Of a stretch of 64,000 nucleotides of DNA, positions 1 to 9,813 are shown in pieces. The translations under genes and the position numbers were made by a program. The notes beneath the pieces are model-generated. The model searched no databases, was not told the DNA's origin, and worked only from the letters and a program-made list of their open reading frames with translations. Source of the stretch: Nitrospinales bacterium (GTDB lineage: Bacteria > Nitrospinota > Nitrospinia > Nitrospinales > VA-1); NCBI GenBank assembly GCA_965223345.1, contig CBDCWG010000007.1, positions 1-64,000 of the forward strand. Direction: 5' to 3'. Position 1 is the first letter of the stretch, and each line of letters begins with the position of its first letter.

Positions 1-679
1 TGAAGGGGTTCGCCTCTTTCACTTTGGCGGTGAGCTGCGATTCGCCGCGCTTGCTGCCGGGCAGCAGGTTGGCCTGGAAACGCTCGATGCGCTCGTCGGT
101 CTGGAACAGTTGCAGGCGCTTTTCCAGTTCGAACACGTTGAGGGGCTTGCCGGTGTATTTTTCCAGCCGGCTTTCGAAATAGCGTTTGCGGAAGCGGCCG
201 TCGGTTTCGATATCGATATCGGTCAACTGCCCTTCGATGATCTGGAAAACGAAGACGCCGTCCTTGATCTCCTGGGACGGGATGATGGCGCCGGAGTTGA
301 CGTAGCCGCGGCTGATGTAGGTGGTGGTGATGCGGTCGCGCAGCTGTTCGAGTTCCGCGAAGGACACCTTGCGGTTGACGTAAGGGCCGGTGAGCGTTTC
401 GATGTCCTGCTGCGATAACAGGGTGTTGCCCACCAGTTGAAAGACGCGCACGGTGATTTCGGCGCCGGCGGCCATGCCTTTGGTGTCGAATCCTTTGGGA
501 AGCGGGATGTCGGGGAGGATCTTTTCTTTGACCGGCGGCTCGAATGCGGGCAGTTTGGGACGCGATTCCTGCGGCCGCACCGGGGATTCGTCTTGGCCCC
601 AAAGAGATCCCGGCTGCAGCAAAATCAGCCCACAGAGAAGGGCGCAACTGCGCATCGGCCATGCCGTATTTTTCCGCAT
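1..679 (-). CDS. ShlB/FhaC/HecB family two-partner secretion (TpsB) outer-membrane transporter, N-terminal POTRA region; runs off the window edge
   Basis: Manual translation of the minus strand (absent from ORF track because no stop in window): MRKNTAWPMRSCALLCGLILLQPGSLWG signal, then ITVRVFQLVGNTLLSQQDIETLTGPYVNRKVSFAELEQLRDRITTTYISRGYVNSGAIIPSQEIKDGVFVFQIIEG, typical POTRA_2 pattern. Confidence 0.85.
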   Translation of the reverse strand, partial: MRKNTAWPMRSCALLCGLILLQPGSLWGQDESPVRPQESRPKLPAFEPPVKEKILPDIPLPKGFDTKGMAAGAEITVRVFQLVGNTLLSQQDIETLTGPYVNRKVSFAELEQLRDRITTTYISRGYVNSGAIIPSQEIKDGVFVFQIIEGQLTDIDIETDGRFRKRYFESRLEKYTGKPLNVFELEKRLQLFQTDERIERFQANLLPGSKRGESQLTAKVKEANPF

Positions 680-1335
680 GCGGAATTCCCGTCGTGGTGG
701 AAAATCGCTTTCCCGTCTCCTCCAAAAACAGGAATCACATTCTCTCGGCCGGACTTTTCGGCTCGGCAGGCTGGGAGGACTGGATCCCCCCTGGCCCCGG
801 TCGTCATTTCAGGGTTCGGTCGATACGCGGAGTCTACTCGCATAAAATCCATGTTGTCAAGAATTTATATGGGTAAAAATGATGGGGCTGCGGTAGGCGT
901 GATGAGCGGAGACATCATTCGCCGAATATTAGGGCCGGATTTTTGCGATTATTGCTAAATTAGGATGAAGTAGCTGCAATTCGATGCACTGCCGGATTAT
1001 TCATAGGAATTACGAACAAATTCACACTCATTTATCCCCAACAGGATATCCTTGCCGGTGCGTGCGTTTGCGGATTTTCCTCCTTTCTGTGGCAAGGCAC
1101 GGCATCCGGTTTTCAGCGCAAGCGTCAAACGCGGGACGACATTTTCTCTCTCTTCGTTGACCGCCGTTCCAAAATTTCTTTTACAGGTTGTCTGTATCGT
1201 TTTAACAGTAACGTTGCGCGCACGTCCTGAATGAGCCGTGAAAATTTTATTCTCATTTTTTTTCGGATGGTGTAAAGATGAGGCGGGTGTCAACAAGCGG
1301 TTTTCAATTCATTCCTCATATAAAAGGACGGACTC

Positions 1336-2349
1336 ATGAATAATTTTTTCCGGGTAAAAAAATTATTGCTCCGTTTTTCTCTCCTGCGTGCGTGCGCCGC
1401 CCTCACTCTGTGCACCGCCCTGTTGCACGGATCGGCCGTTTTTGCGCAAAACCAACAAGCAGCCGGAGTGCCTCCGGATACGGAAACGCGGTCCGTCGTG
1501 GGCCCTGCGGACGGCTTTTTTCCCTTGAAGGGAGGCATCCCGCTCGATGTGGCGCGGGCAAAAGCGCTGGAAAACGCCAAACGCGCGTTCCTGAAGATCG
1601 CGAAAAACACCATCCGCTTTCAGCTCACTGTGCGGGGGAAACCGCCGGTTTACGATATCGCCCAAATGGGCCTCAAGGACCTCACGGTGCTGCGTGAAAA
1701 AGACCTGGGCGTGGTGAAATCCGGCGACGAGTACCACGTGGCGATCGAAGCGAAGGTCGTCTACGCCCTGAAGCAAAAACCCGGCGTAGGGTCCGCTCCC
1801 AAATCGAATGGCAGCAGCGCCGCGAAACCGTCCACAGCGGTGAAGACGAAGACGCACACGCTCCCCAGCGTTCTCTCCGACCCCAGCGCGCCGCTCACGG
1901 TCAAGGTGTGGACCGAGAAGAAACAGTTTTCCGAGGGCGAAAAGATCCGGTTTTTCATCCAGGGCAACCGCGATTTTTACGCGCGCATCGTCAACCTGGA
2001 CTCGGACGGCAACATGATCCAACTGCTGCCGAATCAATTCCGGCAATCGACGTTTTTCAAGGGAAAGAAGAAATACATGATCCCGGACGACAGCCAGGGC
2101 GACCGGTTCTCCATCGTCTCCACGCCGCCGTACGGGACGGACACCATCGTCACCTTCGCCAGCGAGGTGCCGCTGGGCAGCGTCAACCTGACGCCGGTCG
2201 GCCAGGGGCTGGGCCGGTTCAACGGAACCCGGGAGAATTTTTCCAATGTGGTGACCCGCGGCATGAAGGTGGTGGGCAACGACACGGTCAACAAGCCGGT
2301 CGGGTTTTATGAGTCCACCTGGAAATTCCAGACGATCCCCAGGCAGTGA
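1336..2349 (+). CDS. Exported DUF4384 domain-containing protein
   Basis: Signal peptide ending VFA-Q; C-terminal PLTVKVWTEKKQFSEGEKIRFFIQGNRDFYARIVNLDSDGNMIQLLPN resembles DUF4384; RBS-like AAAGGA upstream. Confidence 0.75.
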   Translation: MNNFFRVKKLLLRFSLLRACAALTLCTALLHGSAVFAQNQQAAGVPPDTETRSVVGPADGFFPLKGGIPLDVARAKALENAKRAFLKIAKNTIRFQLTVRGKPPVYDIAQMGLKDLTVLREKDLGVVKSGDEYHVAIEAKVVYALKQKPGVGSAPKSNGSSAAKPSTAVKTKTHTLPSVLSDPSAPLTVKVWTEKKQFSEGEKIRFFIQGNRDFYARIVNLDSDGNMIQLLPNQFRQSTFFKGKKKYMIPDDSQGDRFSIVSTPPYGTDTIVTFASEVPLGSVNLTPVGQGLGRFNGTRENFSNVVTRGMKVVGNDTVNKPVGFYESTWKFQTIPRQ

Positions 2350-2375
2350 GGGAAGGCAAGATTAAATGCGGAGAA

Positions 2376-3896
2376 TCAGGGGATTGATTTCGACGCGTTC
2401 TCCGCGAACAGGTCGGCAGGGACCCAGGGCGTGCAGTCCCGCTGTCCGCAAAGCGCAGCCTCGCCGAACAGCTTTTTGACGTTGCAGTCGGCCAGATCGG
2501 CGCGGTCGCGTTCCGCGCGCGCCAGCCGGTTCTCCGGGTCGATCTTCAGCACCTGCTCCCAGAGACAGATGGCCTGATCGACGTCCTCTTCCTCCTGATA
2601 GAAGACCGATGTGGCTTTCGCGTGCAGATCCCGGGACAGCATCGGGCCGAGTTCTCCCAGCTTTTCCTGCGCCTGCCGGTGATCGGGATTGTGCCGGAAG
2701 GCCTGCTTGAACGCCCAGTAGGCTTTCAGGTGCGCGCTCGTTTCCAGATAGCGGGTGCCATCGGCAAACAAACGATCCGCCAACTGCTCCTGGCGGTTTT
2801 CCTGCAGCCGTTTGTTCAGCTTCTGCAGTTTGGCCGCCACGGTTGAATTTTTCTTATCCAGCTTCTGCGCCTTGCGCAGAATTTCCAGGGAAGCGTCCTC
2901 CTGCCCGCCCTGCCGCAACAGGGCATCGGCTTTCTGCACATAGCTTTTCACCAGCAGCGATTTCAGTCTGCCCTCGGAGGGGTGCTGTTTGCGGGCGTTC
3001 AGCAAAGCTTCGATCGCCGCATCGACCTGTCCCTGTTTTAACTGTTTTTGCACTTTGGCCGACACGTTCTGCACCGCCAGCCGGCTCTCGGCTTTGCGCA
3101 GCATGCCCTTCAGTTCTTCATCCTGGCTGCCCAGTTGCTGCGCGCGCCGCAACAGTTTGGCGGCCTGATTGTGATCGCCTTTGCCGTACACGAGTTTGCC
3201 GTACTCAAAATACACCTGCGCGCCGAATTGCTGCAGATGCGGATCCTCCGGGTAGGTCTTGAGATCCTGCTCGAACGCGGCGACTTTCGTTGCGTATTTT
3301 TTTTGCATCGTCCTGTTTTTGAGCTTCTGCACGGAGGCCTGGATCTTCCGCCGGGCTCGCGCGTCACGCAGGTCGGTGCGCGGGATGCGGATCTGCTGGC
3401 CTTCCTGGATCGCGTTGGGGGATTCCAACCCGTTGTACCCGGCCAGTGCGTAGAACAGGTACTGGCTGCCGAGAAAATCCTCCGCAATGCGCAGCAGGGT
3501 TTCATCGGGCTTCACCGTGTACGGCGTGCTGTTTTTCCCGAGGATGGATACCGGATCGCCATCGAGCTGCAATAGCAGCAGCCAGGCGTCCGGGTTGTCG
3601 GGTTGCTGCGAGAGCGCCGCATCGAGTTCAACGCGGGCGGGCGCGACCTGCCCCAGCCCCAGGAAAAACGTGGCCTGCATCAAGCGTTCGCGCGGGGAAA
3701 GCCCCGGTTCAACCTGATAGCTGGCGGAGACGGTATACGCGTGCAGTCCATATTTGTATGCCTGCGTCGCGCTCTGTGCCGAGGCTGGTCCGGGCACAGC
3801 AATCAGGCATGTCAGAATTCCCAGAAAGAAAAAACCCTTAAGCATATTATCGAGATTCATGGATCGCCCAATCAGACATTTTTCAATTTTGGTCAT
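2376..3896 (-). CDS. Exported LysM + tetratricopeptide repeat protein
   Basis: Signal peptide (PASA-Q); LysM YTVKPDETLLRIAEDFLG...YNGLESPNAIQEGQQIRIP; several TPR-like helical repeats; 9 bp downstream of kinase gene; start may be slightly later. Confidence 0.8.
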   Translation of the reverse strand: MTKIEKCLIGRSMNLDNMLKGFFFLGILTCLIAVPGPASAQSATQAYKYGLHAYTVSASYQVEPGLSPRERLMQATFFLGLGQVAPARVELDAALSQQPDNPDAWLLLLQLDGDPVSILGKNSTPYTVKPDETLLRIAEDFLGSQYLFYALAGYNGLESPNAIQEGQQIRIPRTDLRDARARRKIQASVQKLKNRTMQKKYATKVAAFEQDLKTYPEDPHLQQFGAQVYFEYGKLVYGKGDHNQAAKLLRRAQQLGSQDEELKGMLRKAESRLAVQNVSAKVQKQLKQGQVDAAIEALLNARKQHPSEGRLKSLLVKSYVQKADALLRQGGQEDASLEILRKAQKLDKKNSTVAAKLQKLNKRLQENRQEQLADRLFADGTRYLETSAHLKAYWAFKQAFRHNPDHRQAQEKLGELGPMLSRDLHAKATSVFYQEEEDVDQAICLWEQVLKIDPENRLARAERDRADLADCNVKKLFGEAALCGQRDCTPWVPADLFAENASKSIP

Positions 3897-3905
3897 CCCG
3901 AATCG

Positions 3906-5258
3906 CTAACGGCTTTGCCGGTAGCCCAACCGCACGCGGCCGATTTCCCGGTTCTTTTTGCCGAATTGAATCGGCGCGTTGAAATCGAGAATCTCCCCGC
4001 CGTTTTCATCGCGCAGCGTGGAAACCCGCACGCCCTTGCGATCGAATTCCTCTTCCGCGACGCCCGGCGGGATGAAAGCCGTTCCCGTTCTCGCCGGATC
4101 TCCCGCTCCTCGCACGATGCCGTTTTTATCCACCACATACAGATAACCCAGCGCCTGCCCCTGCTGCGCCGCGAACGCCCTGCCCTGCTGGAACCGTTCG
4201 AGCGCCGTGTTGATGCTCTGCCACTCTTTCAGAGCGAGATCGATGGTGACCGAATGGGCGAGCACTTTGGCCGAGGCGACCCCCGTATCGATCAGGACGT
4301 TCTGCGGCGGCGGACCGTGCTTGGACGGGAAAAAGAAAACGCCCGCCGCCAGCACAAGCAGGACGCCCGCCGCGATCGCGCCCCACACCCGCACCGGGAA
4401 GCGACGGCCCGTCCCCCTTTCGTTTTCGTTCAGCTTGGCCAACTCCAGCCTGAGAGCCTGGGACAATTCCGCCGCCGATTGAAAGCGTTTCTCCGGCTGC
4501 TGGCGCAGCAGCTTGTCGATGATGCGCGCCATGCCGATGGGCAGGTCGGGAACGCTTTTGCGGATGGAGGGACGGCTTTCGTCGCGGGTCTGGCTTTCCA
4601 GCTGCTCCATCGTGTCGCCGTCGAACGGCCGCTTGCCGCTGCACAACGCGTACAGCACCACGCCGAGGGAAAAAAGATCCGAGCGGCCGTCCACCCGTTT
4701 TCCCATCCACTGTTCCGGGGACATGTAGCCCGGCGTTCCCACCACCATGCCGTGCAGGGTGAGACGGGTCTGGTTGGGGTTCTTGTTGTTCATGGAGGCG
4801 ATCCCGAAATCGGTGAGCTTGATGAGGTTGGATTCGTGCCCCATCAGAATGTTTTCGGGTTTGATGTCGCGGTGGTAGATGCCTTTTTTGTGGGCGCATT
4901 CGATGGCGTCCGCAAGCTGGATGCCGTATTCCAGCACCTCGCGCACGGGCAGCGCCTTGCCGGACTCGATGGTTTCCTCCAGCGGTGAGGCTTTCAAAAG
5001 TTCCATCACCATGTAGGGACGCTCGTCCACTTTGCCGACATTGTGAACGGTGGCGATACCCTGGTGCTGGATGGCGGAGAGAGCGCGCGCGTCGTGCAGA
5101 AAGCGTTTTTCGTATTGCAGGTTGCCGCAGAATTCCTTTTTCAGGATTTTCAGAGCCAGGTTGCAGTCGAGTTCCGGGTCGTGCACCTTGAACACTTCCG
5201 CCATGCCCCCCTCGCCCAGCGGCTCGACCACCTGGTACTTGTCGATTTTTTCGTACAT
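3906..5258 (-). CDS. Membrane Ser/Thr protein kinase (PpkA-like, T6SS-associated)
   Basis: Hanks motifs LGEGGMAEV, ALKIL, HRDIKPEN, DFGIA, GTPGYMSPEQ, DLFSLG; one TM helix then ~130 aa extracytoplasmic domain. Confidence 0.9.
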   Translation of the reverse strand: MYEKIDKYQVVEPLGEGGMAEVFKVHDPELDCNLALKILKKEFCGNLQYEKRFLHDARALSAIQHQGIATVHNVGKVDERPYMVMELLKASPLEETIESGKALPVREVLEYGIQLADAIECAHKKGIYHRDIKPENILMGHESNLIKLTDFGIASMNNKNPNQTRLTLHGMVVGTPGYMSPEQWMGKRVDGRSDLFSLGVVLYALCSGKRPFDGDTMEQLESQTRDESRPSIRKSVPDLPIGMARIIDKLLRQQPEKRFQSAAELSQALRLELAKLNENERGTGRRFPVRVWGAIAAGVLLVLAAGVFFFPSKHGPPPQNVLIDTGVASAKVLAHSVTIDLALKEWQSINTALERFQQGRAFAAQQGQALGYLYVVDKNGIVRGAGDPARTGTAFIPPGVAEEEFDRKGVRVSTLRDENGGEILDFNAPIQFGKKNREIGRVRLGYRQSR

Positions 5259-5299
5259 GCTTCACCTGGTTTGGTTGCGTCCACCCAGACCCGGCCGGC

Positions 5300-6043
5300 T
5301 CACTCCGGGCCGTTCACTCCGATGCGGATGACGATCGCCGTCACGTTGTCCGGCGCGCCGTTTTCCAGAGTCCGCTCGATCAGCATGCCCACGGAAGTCT
5401 GGCAGGTGCCGCCCGCCAGGATCGATTCGATCTCCGCATGCTCCAGAACGCTGTTCAATCCGTCGCTGCACACCAGATAGACATCGCCGTCCTGCAGATC
5501 CCCCATGTTGATGTCGAGCTGCAATTCCTCGTCCACCCCGACGGCGCGGGTGATGACGTTGCGCACGGGGCTCTGCTCCGCTTCCTCGCGGTCGAGAAAT
5601 CCCCGGCGGATCATCTCCTCCACCTGGGAATGATCGCGGGTCAGCGGGTTGAGGCGTCCGTTGCGAAACAGGTACACGCGGCTGTCCCCGGCCCAAAGAC
5701 AGATGCCCTTGTCCTCGAAACAGGAAAAGATGACCACGGTGCTGCCCATGACGCCGCCACCGGCCTGCGCCTGTTCCCAGATCCGCCGGTTGGCGAAAAC
5801 CAGCCGCGCCTTGAGGTCGCCCAAAAATTCCTGCAGGCTGCCGGAGCCGTTTGTCCCCTCGAGCGATTCGATGATGGTGCGGCTCGCCACTTCACCGCCG
5901 TCGTGCCCGCCCATGCCGTCGGCGACAACCCAGAACCCGGCGTCTTCGTTTTCGAGGTACGCGTCTTCGTTGAGCGTGCGCTTCATCCCCACATGGCTCA
6001 ACCCGGCGGATTGCCAGACGAAATGTCCGTGACGACGTTCCAT
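5300..6043 (-). CDS. PP2C-family Ser/Thr phosphatase (PppA/Stp1-like)
   Basis: SHVGMKRTLNED, VADGMGGH, AGDSRVY, TRDHS, CSDGL, GAPDNVT motifs. Confidence 0.92.
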   Translation of the reverse strand: MERRHGHFVWQSAGLSHVGMKRTLNEDAYLENEDAGFWVVADGMGGHDGGEVASRTIIESLEGTNGSGSLQEFLGDLKARLVFANRRIWEQAQAGGGVMGSTVVIFSCFEDKGICLWAGDSRVYLFRNGRLNPLTRDHSQVEEMIRRGFLDREEAEQSPVRNVITRAVGVDEELQLDINMGDLQDGDVYLVCSDGLNSVLEHAEIESILAGGTCQTSVGMLIERTLENGAPDNVTAIVIRIGVNGPE

Positions 6044-6379
6044 GGTCTTCCGGTTTCTGCGGCCGCAACGCATCGCTGTGGGATCGTTGCGGCCGCGGCC
6101 TGCCGTTCACAATGCCGAACTTTAGCTGCGCTGCCGATTCATCCCGCTTCGCACATTTTTTTCCTAAACATGCAATTTTACTTTTAAAATCAGTGGCATT
6201 TTTGAAATCGACGTGTTAGGATTTATCCACTTTCCGAAACAGAGATGATTTTTTTTCGTTGTGTCGAAGTGGCAGCAAATATATCACGAATCGGCTCAAT
6301 GCGAAAGTTTCCTGAAGGGTTTCCTTCAGGAAAAGGTTTCTAACTCAACCGCCCATCACGGGTGGAGAAAGGGAGACCG

Positions 6380-7789
6380 GTGGCAGTCACACTCCGGATC
6401 ACGGACTCCAACCAGTTGTTGCCCGAAACGGAAACGCAGCGGGTGCTGAGCGAAGGCACCCTCACCCTCGGCCGCGACGACGACAACGACTGGGTGCTTC
6501 CGGATCCCTCGCAGGTCATTTCCGGAAAACATTGCACGATCGAGGCGGTGAACGGCCGCTATTTTCTGCACGACACCAGCAGCAACGGCACGCGCCTCAA
6601 TGCGGATCACGATCCGATCGGCCGGGGCAACTCGGTGCCCATCCAGCACGGCGACACCATCCAGATTTTTCAGTTTGAAATCCAGGTTTTGATGGAAGAG
6701 GAAGCGGCCGCGTTGCCGGAGGATTTTCTCACGCCCGCAAGCGACACGGCCTCGCCGGAAGAGACGACCGGCGCACCGCAGAAATGGCGCTTCAACTCGG
6801 CGATCTCCACGCTGGACGAGTTGCTGAACTCCACGAAGGAATCCGCCGAACCGCGGCTTTCCGATTCCAGGCCCGCGGACCTGCCGTCGGAAATCCCGCT
6901 GGATACGGACCCGTTTCAAGAACCGGCGGCGCAGGAGTTCATCCCGCTGGATGCGGATCTGAGCGCCGCGCCTTCCGAAAACGATTTTTTCGATCCGCCG
7001 CAGCCGCTGGCGGAGATTCCCGACAACTGGGATCTCGAACCGGGAGTTGCGGAATCGGCCCCGCCGCCGCCTGTCAAGCCGCCGAAAAAGCCCGCGCCGA
7101 AGCCTGCGAAAAAACCCGCCGCGACCCAACAGACACCGCAAGCGGCGAAACCGACTCCGCCTCCCGTGCGTGCGGCGCAGACGGCTCTGCCCAGGGAGAT
7201 GCCGGCCTCCGCGATGGGTCCTTTTCTTGAGGGAGCGGGACTCAGACACCTCAACCTGACCGCGAAGCAGATCCCGCCGACTCAGAAAGTGCTGGGTGCG
7301 GTGTTCCGCGAAGTGGTGAAAGGTCTGATGGGGCTGCTCAAGGCGCGCAGCAAGCTGAAAAACGAATTCCGCCTCAAGCAGACGATCATCGGTCCTTCCG
7401 AGAACAACCCGCTGCAGTTCGCGCCGACGGTGGAGGATGCGATGGAAAACCTGCTGATCAAGAAAGGCACGGGCTACCTGCCTCCCATCCAGGCGGTGAA
7501 AAAATCCTTCGAGGACATCAAGGCGCACGAGGTGGCGATCCTCACGGGCATGCAGCGCTCGTTGCGCAAGAGCCTGGAGCACTTCGACCCGAAAAAAATC
7601 GTCCGCGAGGTGGATGCGAAAACGGGGCTGGCGCAAAACCTGGTACCGAAAAAAATCCAGTACTGGGATGAATTCGAGACCCAGTACCAAAAGATGATTC
7701 ACGATCTGGAAAACGAGTTCAACAACCTGTACCTGCGCGAATTCGCGCAGTCCTACGAAGAGCAGATCGAAAAACAAAAAAACCGTTGA
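6380..7789 (+). CDS. tagH: T6SS FHA domain protein TagH/Fha
   Basis: N-terminal FHA (LGR..., ISGKHC, DTSSNGT), Pro-rich linker, C-terminal ENNPLQF...AHEVA domain; GTG at 6380 follows GGGAG RBS (alternative start 6362). Confidence 0.9.
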   Translation: MAVTLRITDSNQLLPETETQRVLSEGTLTLGRDDDNDWVLPDPSQVISGKHCTIEAVNGRYFLHDTSSNGTRLNADHDPIGRGNSVPIQHGDTIQIFQFEIQVLMEEEAAALPEDFLTPASDTASPEETTGAPQKWRFNSAISTLDELLNSTKESAEPRLSDSRPADLPSEIPLDTDPFQEPAAQEFIPLDADLSAAPSENDFFDPPQPLAEIPDNWDLEPGVAESAPPPPVKPPKKPAPKPAKKPAATQQTPQAAKPTPPPVRAAQTALPREMPASAMGPFLEGAGLRHLNLTAKQIPPTQKVLGAVFREVVKGLMGLLKARSKLKNEFRLKQTIIGPSENNPLQFAPTVEDAMENLLIKKGTGYLPPIQAVKKSFEDIKAHEVAILTGMQRSLRKSLEHFDPKKIVREVDAKTGLAQNLVPKKIQYWDEFETQYQKMIHDLENEFNNLYLREFAQSYEEQIEKQKNR

Positions 7790-7830
7790 AACCCGACCCA
7801 CGGGCCAACCCGGGGAGGCCACCGAAATCA

Positions 7831-8382
7831 ATGAACCGAAACCGATTATTCACGAAAGCATTCGCCGGCATCATCTGTCCACTTCTGATCCTCATTCCTC
7901 TGGGTTGCGCGTCGAAAAAGAAACCCATTGTCGCGATGGAGCCGCCATCGACGCAGATCCGCGCCAGCGTCCGGTCCTCGACCGATCTGAACCCCGATCT
8001 CAAGGGCAAGCCCTCTTCCCTGTACGCGATCCTCTATGAGCTGAAAGCGCCGAACGCGTTCAACAGTTCGTCGTTTTTCGAACTGTACGACGGTGAGGTG
8101 GCGGATTTCGAGAAGGAGCTGGTGCGCAAAGAGGAGATCGAGATCGATCCGGGCTACGCGTTCAACCTGGAACGCAAGCTCAAACCGGAATCCCGGTTCA
8201 TCGGCATCCTCGCGGCTTACCGCGACATCGACAACGCGCAGTGGCGGGCTCTGGCAAAAGTGGAGCCGGGGAAAACCATCGATCTGAACATCGATTTTAC
8301 CCGGCTTGCGGTGACGATCGAGAAATCCAAACCCGCACCGGCGGCGGCACCGGCTAAAGAAAAAGACGACGCCTACCCGTAA
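7831..8382 (+). CDS. tssJ: T6SS outer-membrane lipoprotein TssJ
   Basis: Lipobox IPLGC; DLNPD...YELK...SFFELY...AAYRDIDNAQWR; position before tssK. Confidence 0.9.
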   Translation: MNRNRLFTKAFAGIICPLLILIPLGCASKKKPIVAMEPPSTQIRASVRSSTDLNPDLKGKPSSLYAILYELKAPNAFNSSSFFELYDGEVADFEKELVRKEEIEIDPGYAFNLERKLKPESRFIGILAAYRDIDNAQWRALAKVEPGKTIDLNIDFTRLAVTIEKSKPAPAAAPAKEKDDAYP

Positions 8383-8473
8383 ACGGGATTGCGGCCCTGT
8401 GCGCAAGCGGGCAATCGAATGGAACGCCGGCTCAACGAAACAAACGGGTGAGACACCCAACTAAAGGAATGTC

Positions 8474-9808
8474 ATGTCGCTCTTCAATAAAGTGGTCTGG
8501 TCGGAGGGGATGTTTTTGCGGCCCCAGCATTTCCAGCAATGGGACCGGTATTTCGAAAACCAGTTCTGCCAGCGTTCCAACAGCGCCGCCCCCTATCTAT
8601 GGGGGCTCAGCGAACTCAAGATCGACCGCGACCTGCTGAAGACGGGCAAATTCGCGCTGCTTTCCTGCCGCGGCATCCTGCCGGACGGGACCTATTTCGA
8701 CCTGCCCGAGGAAGCGCCCGCGCCGGAGCCGCTCGATCTATCGGAAAAAGTCGAGGACACGCCGGTCTACCTGTGCCTGCCGGTGCGCAACAACCAGGGA
8801 AAGGATATCCGCTACGGCAGCATGGCGAACGGGCTGACCCGCTACCAGGTCGCAGAATCGAACATTCTCGACGCCTGCCAGGAAAACGGCGCGGGGGCGG
8901 ACATCCAGATCGCCCGGCTTGCCTTCAGGCTGATGCTGGGCACCGAGGAGCGCAGCGCCTACCACTGCATCCCGATCGCCAGAATCGTGCAGGTGACAGC
9001 GGACAAAAACGTGCTGTTCGATGAAAACTTCATCCCTCCCTGCCTGGACACGCGCGTGAGCTCGGTGCTGACAGGATTCCTCAACGAGCTTTCGGGTCTG
9101 TTGCACCAGCGCGGAGAGAGCCTGGCGGGCCGGGTTTCCGAATCGGGCCGCGGCGGCTCGGCGGAGATCGCGGACTTTCTCATGCTGCAGGCGATCAACC
9201 GCTGCCAGCCTCTGGTCGCCCATCTGGCGCGCATCCCGGCGCTGCATCCGGAAATGCTGTTTCGCGAACTGATCGCGATGAGCGGCGAGCTGTCCACGTT
9301 CTCGGAGACGAGCAAGCGGCCGAAACCGTTTCCGCAGTACAAACACGATGCCCTGCAGGCCACCTACGCGCCGGTGATCGAATCGCTCAGGCAATCGTTG
9401 AGCCGCGTGTTCGAACGGCTGGTGGTCTCGATCCCGCTCGAGGAAAAGAAATTCGGCATCCGCGTGGCGCTGATCCGCGACAAGTCGCTGTTGCAGGACG
9501 CCACTTTTGTGCTGGCGGTCAACGCCGACATGCCGGAGGACGGGGTGCGGCGCAATTTTCCGGCGATGGTCAAAATCGGGCCGGTCGAGCAGATCCGCGA
9601 CCTGGTCAACAAGGCGCTGCCGGGGATCGGGCTCAACCCACTGCCGGTGGCTCCACGGCAGATCCCGTTCCACGCCGGCTTCACTTATTTTCAGATGGAC
9701 ACCAAGGGAAAAATCTGGGACGAGCTGAAGCAGTCCGGCGGCCTCGCGCTGCACGCGCCCGGTTCGTTTCCCGGTCTTGAAATGGCCCTCTGGGCGATCC
9801 GAAGGTAG
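8474..9808 (+). CDS. tssK: T6SS baseplate protein TssK
   Basis: NKVVWSEGMFLRPQHFQQ start and LPVAPRQIPFH...ALWAIR end; 444 aa. Confidence 0.95.
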   Translation: MSLFNKVVWSEGMFLRPQHFQQWDRYFENQFCQRSNSAAPYLWGLSELKIDRDLLKTGKFALLSCRGILPDGTYFDLPEEAPAPEPLDLSEKVEDTPVYLCLPVRNNQGKDIRYGSMANGLTRYQVAESNILDACQENGAGADIQIARLAFRLMLGTEERSAYHCIPIARIVQVTADKNVLFDENFIPPCLDTRVSSVLTGFLNELSGLLHQRGESLAGRVSESGRGGSAEIADFLMLQAINRCQPLVAHLARIPALHPEMLFRELIAMSGELSTFSETSKRPKPFPQYKHDALQATYAPVIESLRQSLSRVFERLVVSIPLEEKKFGIRVALIRDKSLLQDATFVLAVNADMPEDGVRRNFPAMVKIGPVEQIRDLVNKALPGIGLNPLPVAPRQIPFHAGFTYFQMDTKGKIWDELKQSGGLALHAPGSFPGLEMALWAIRR

Positions 9809-9813
9809 CCTCC

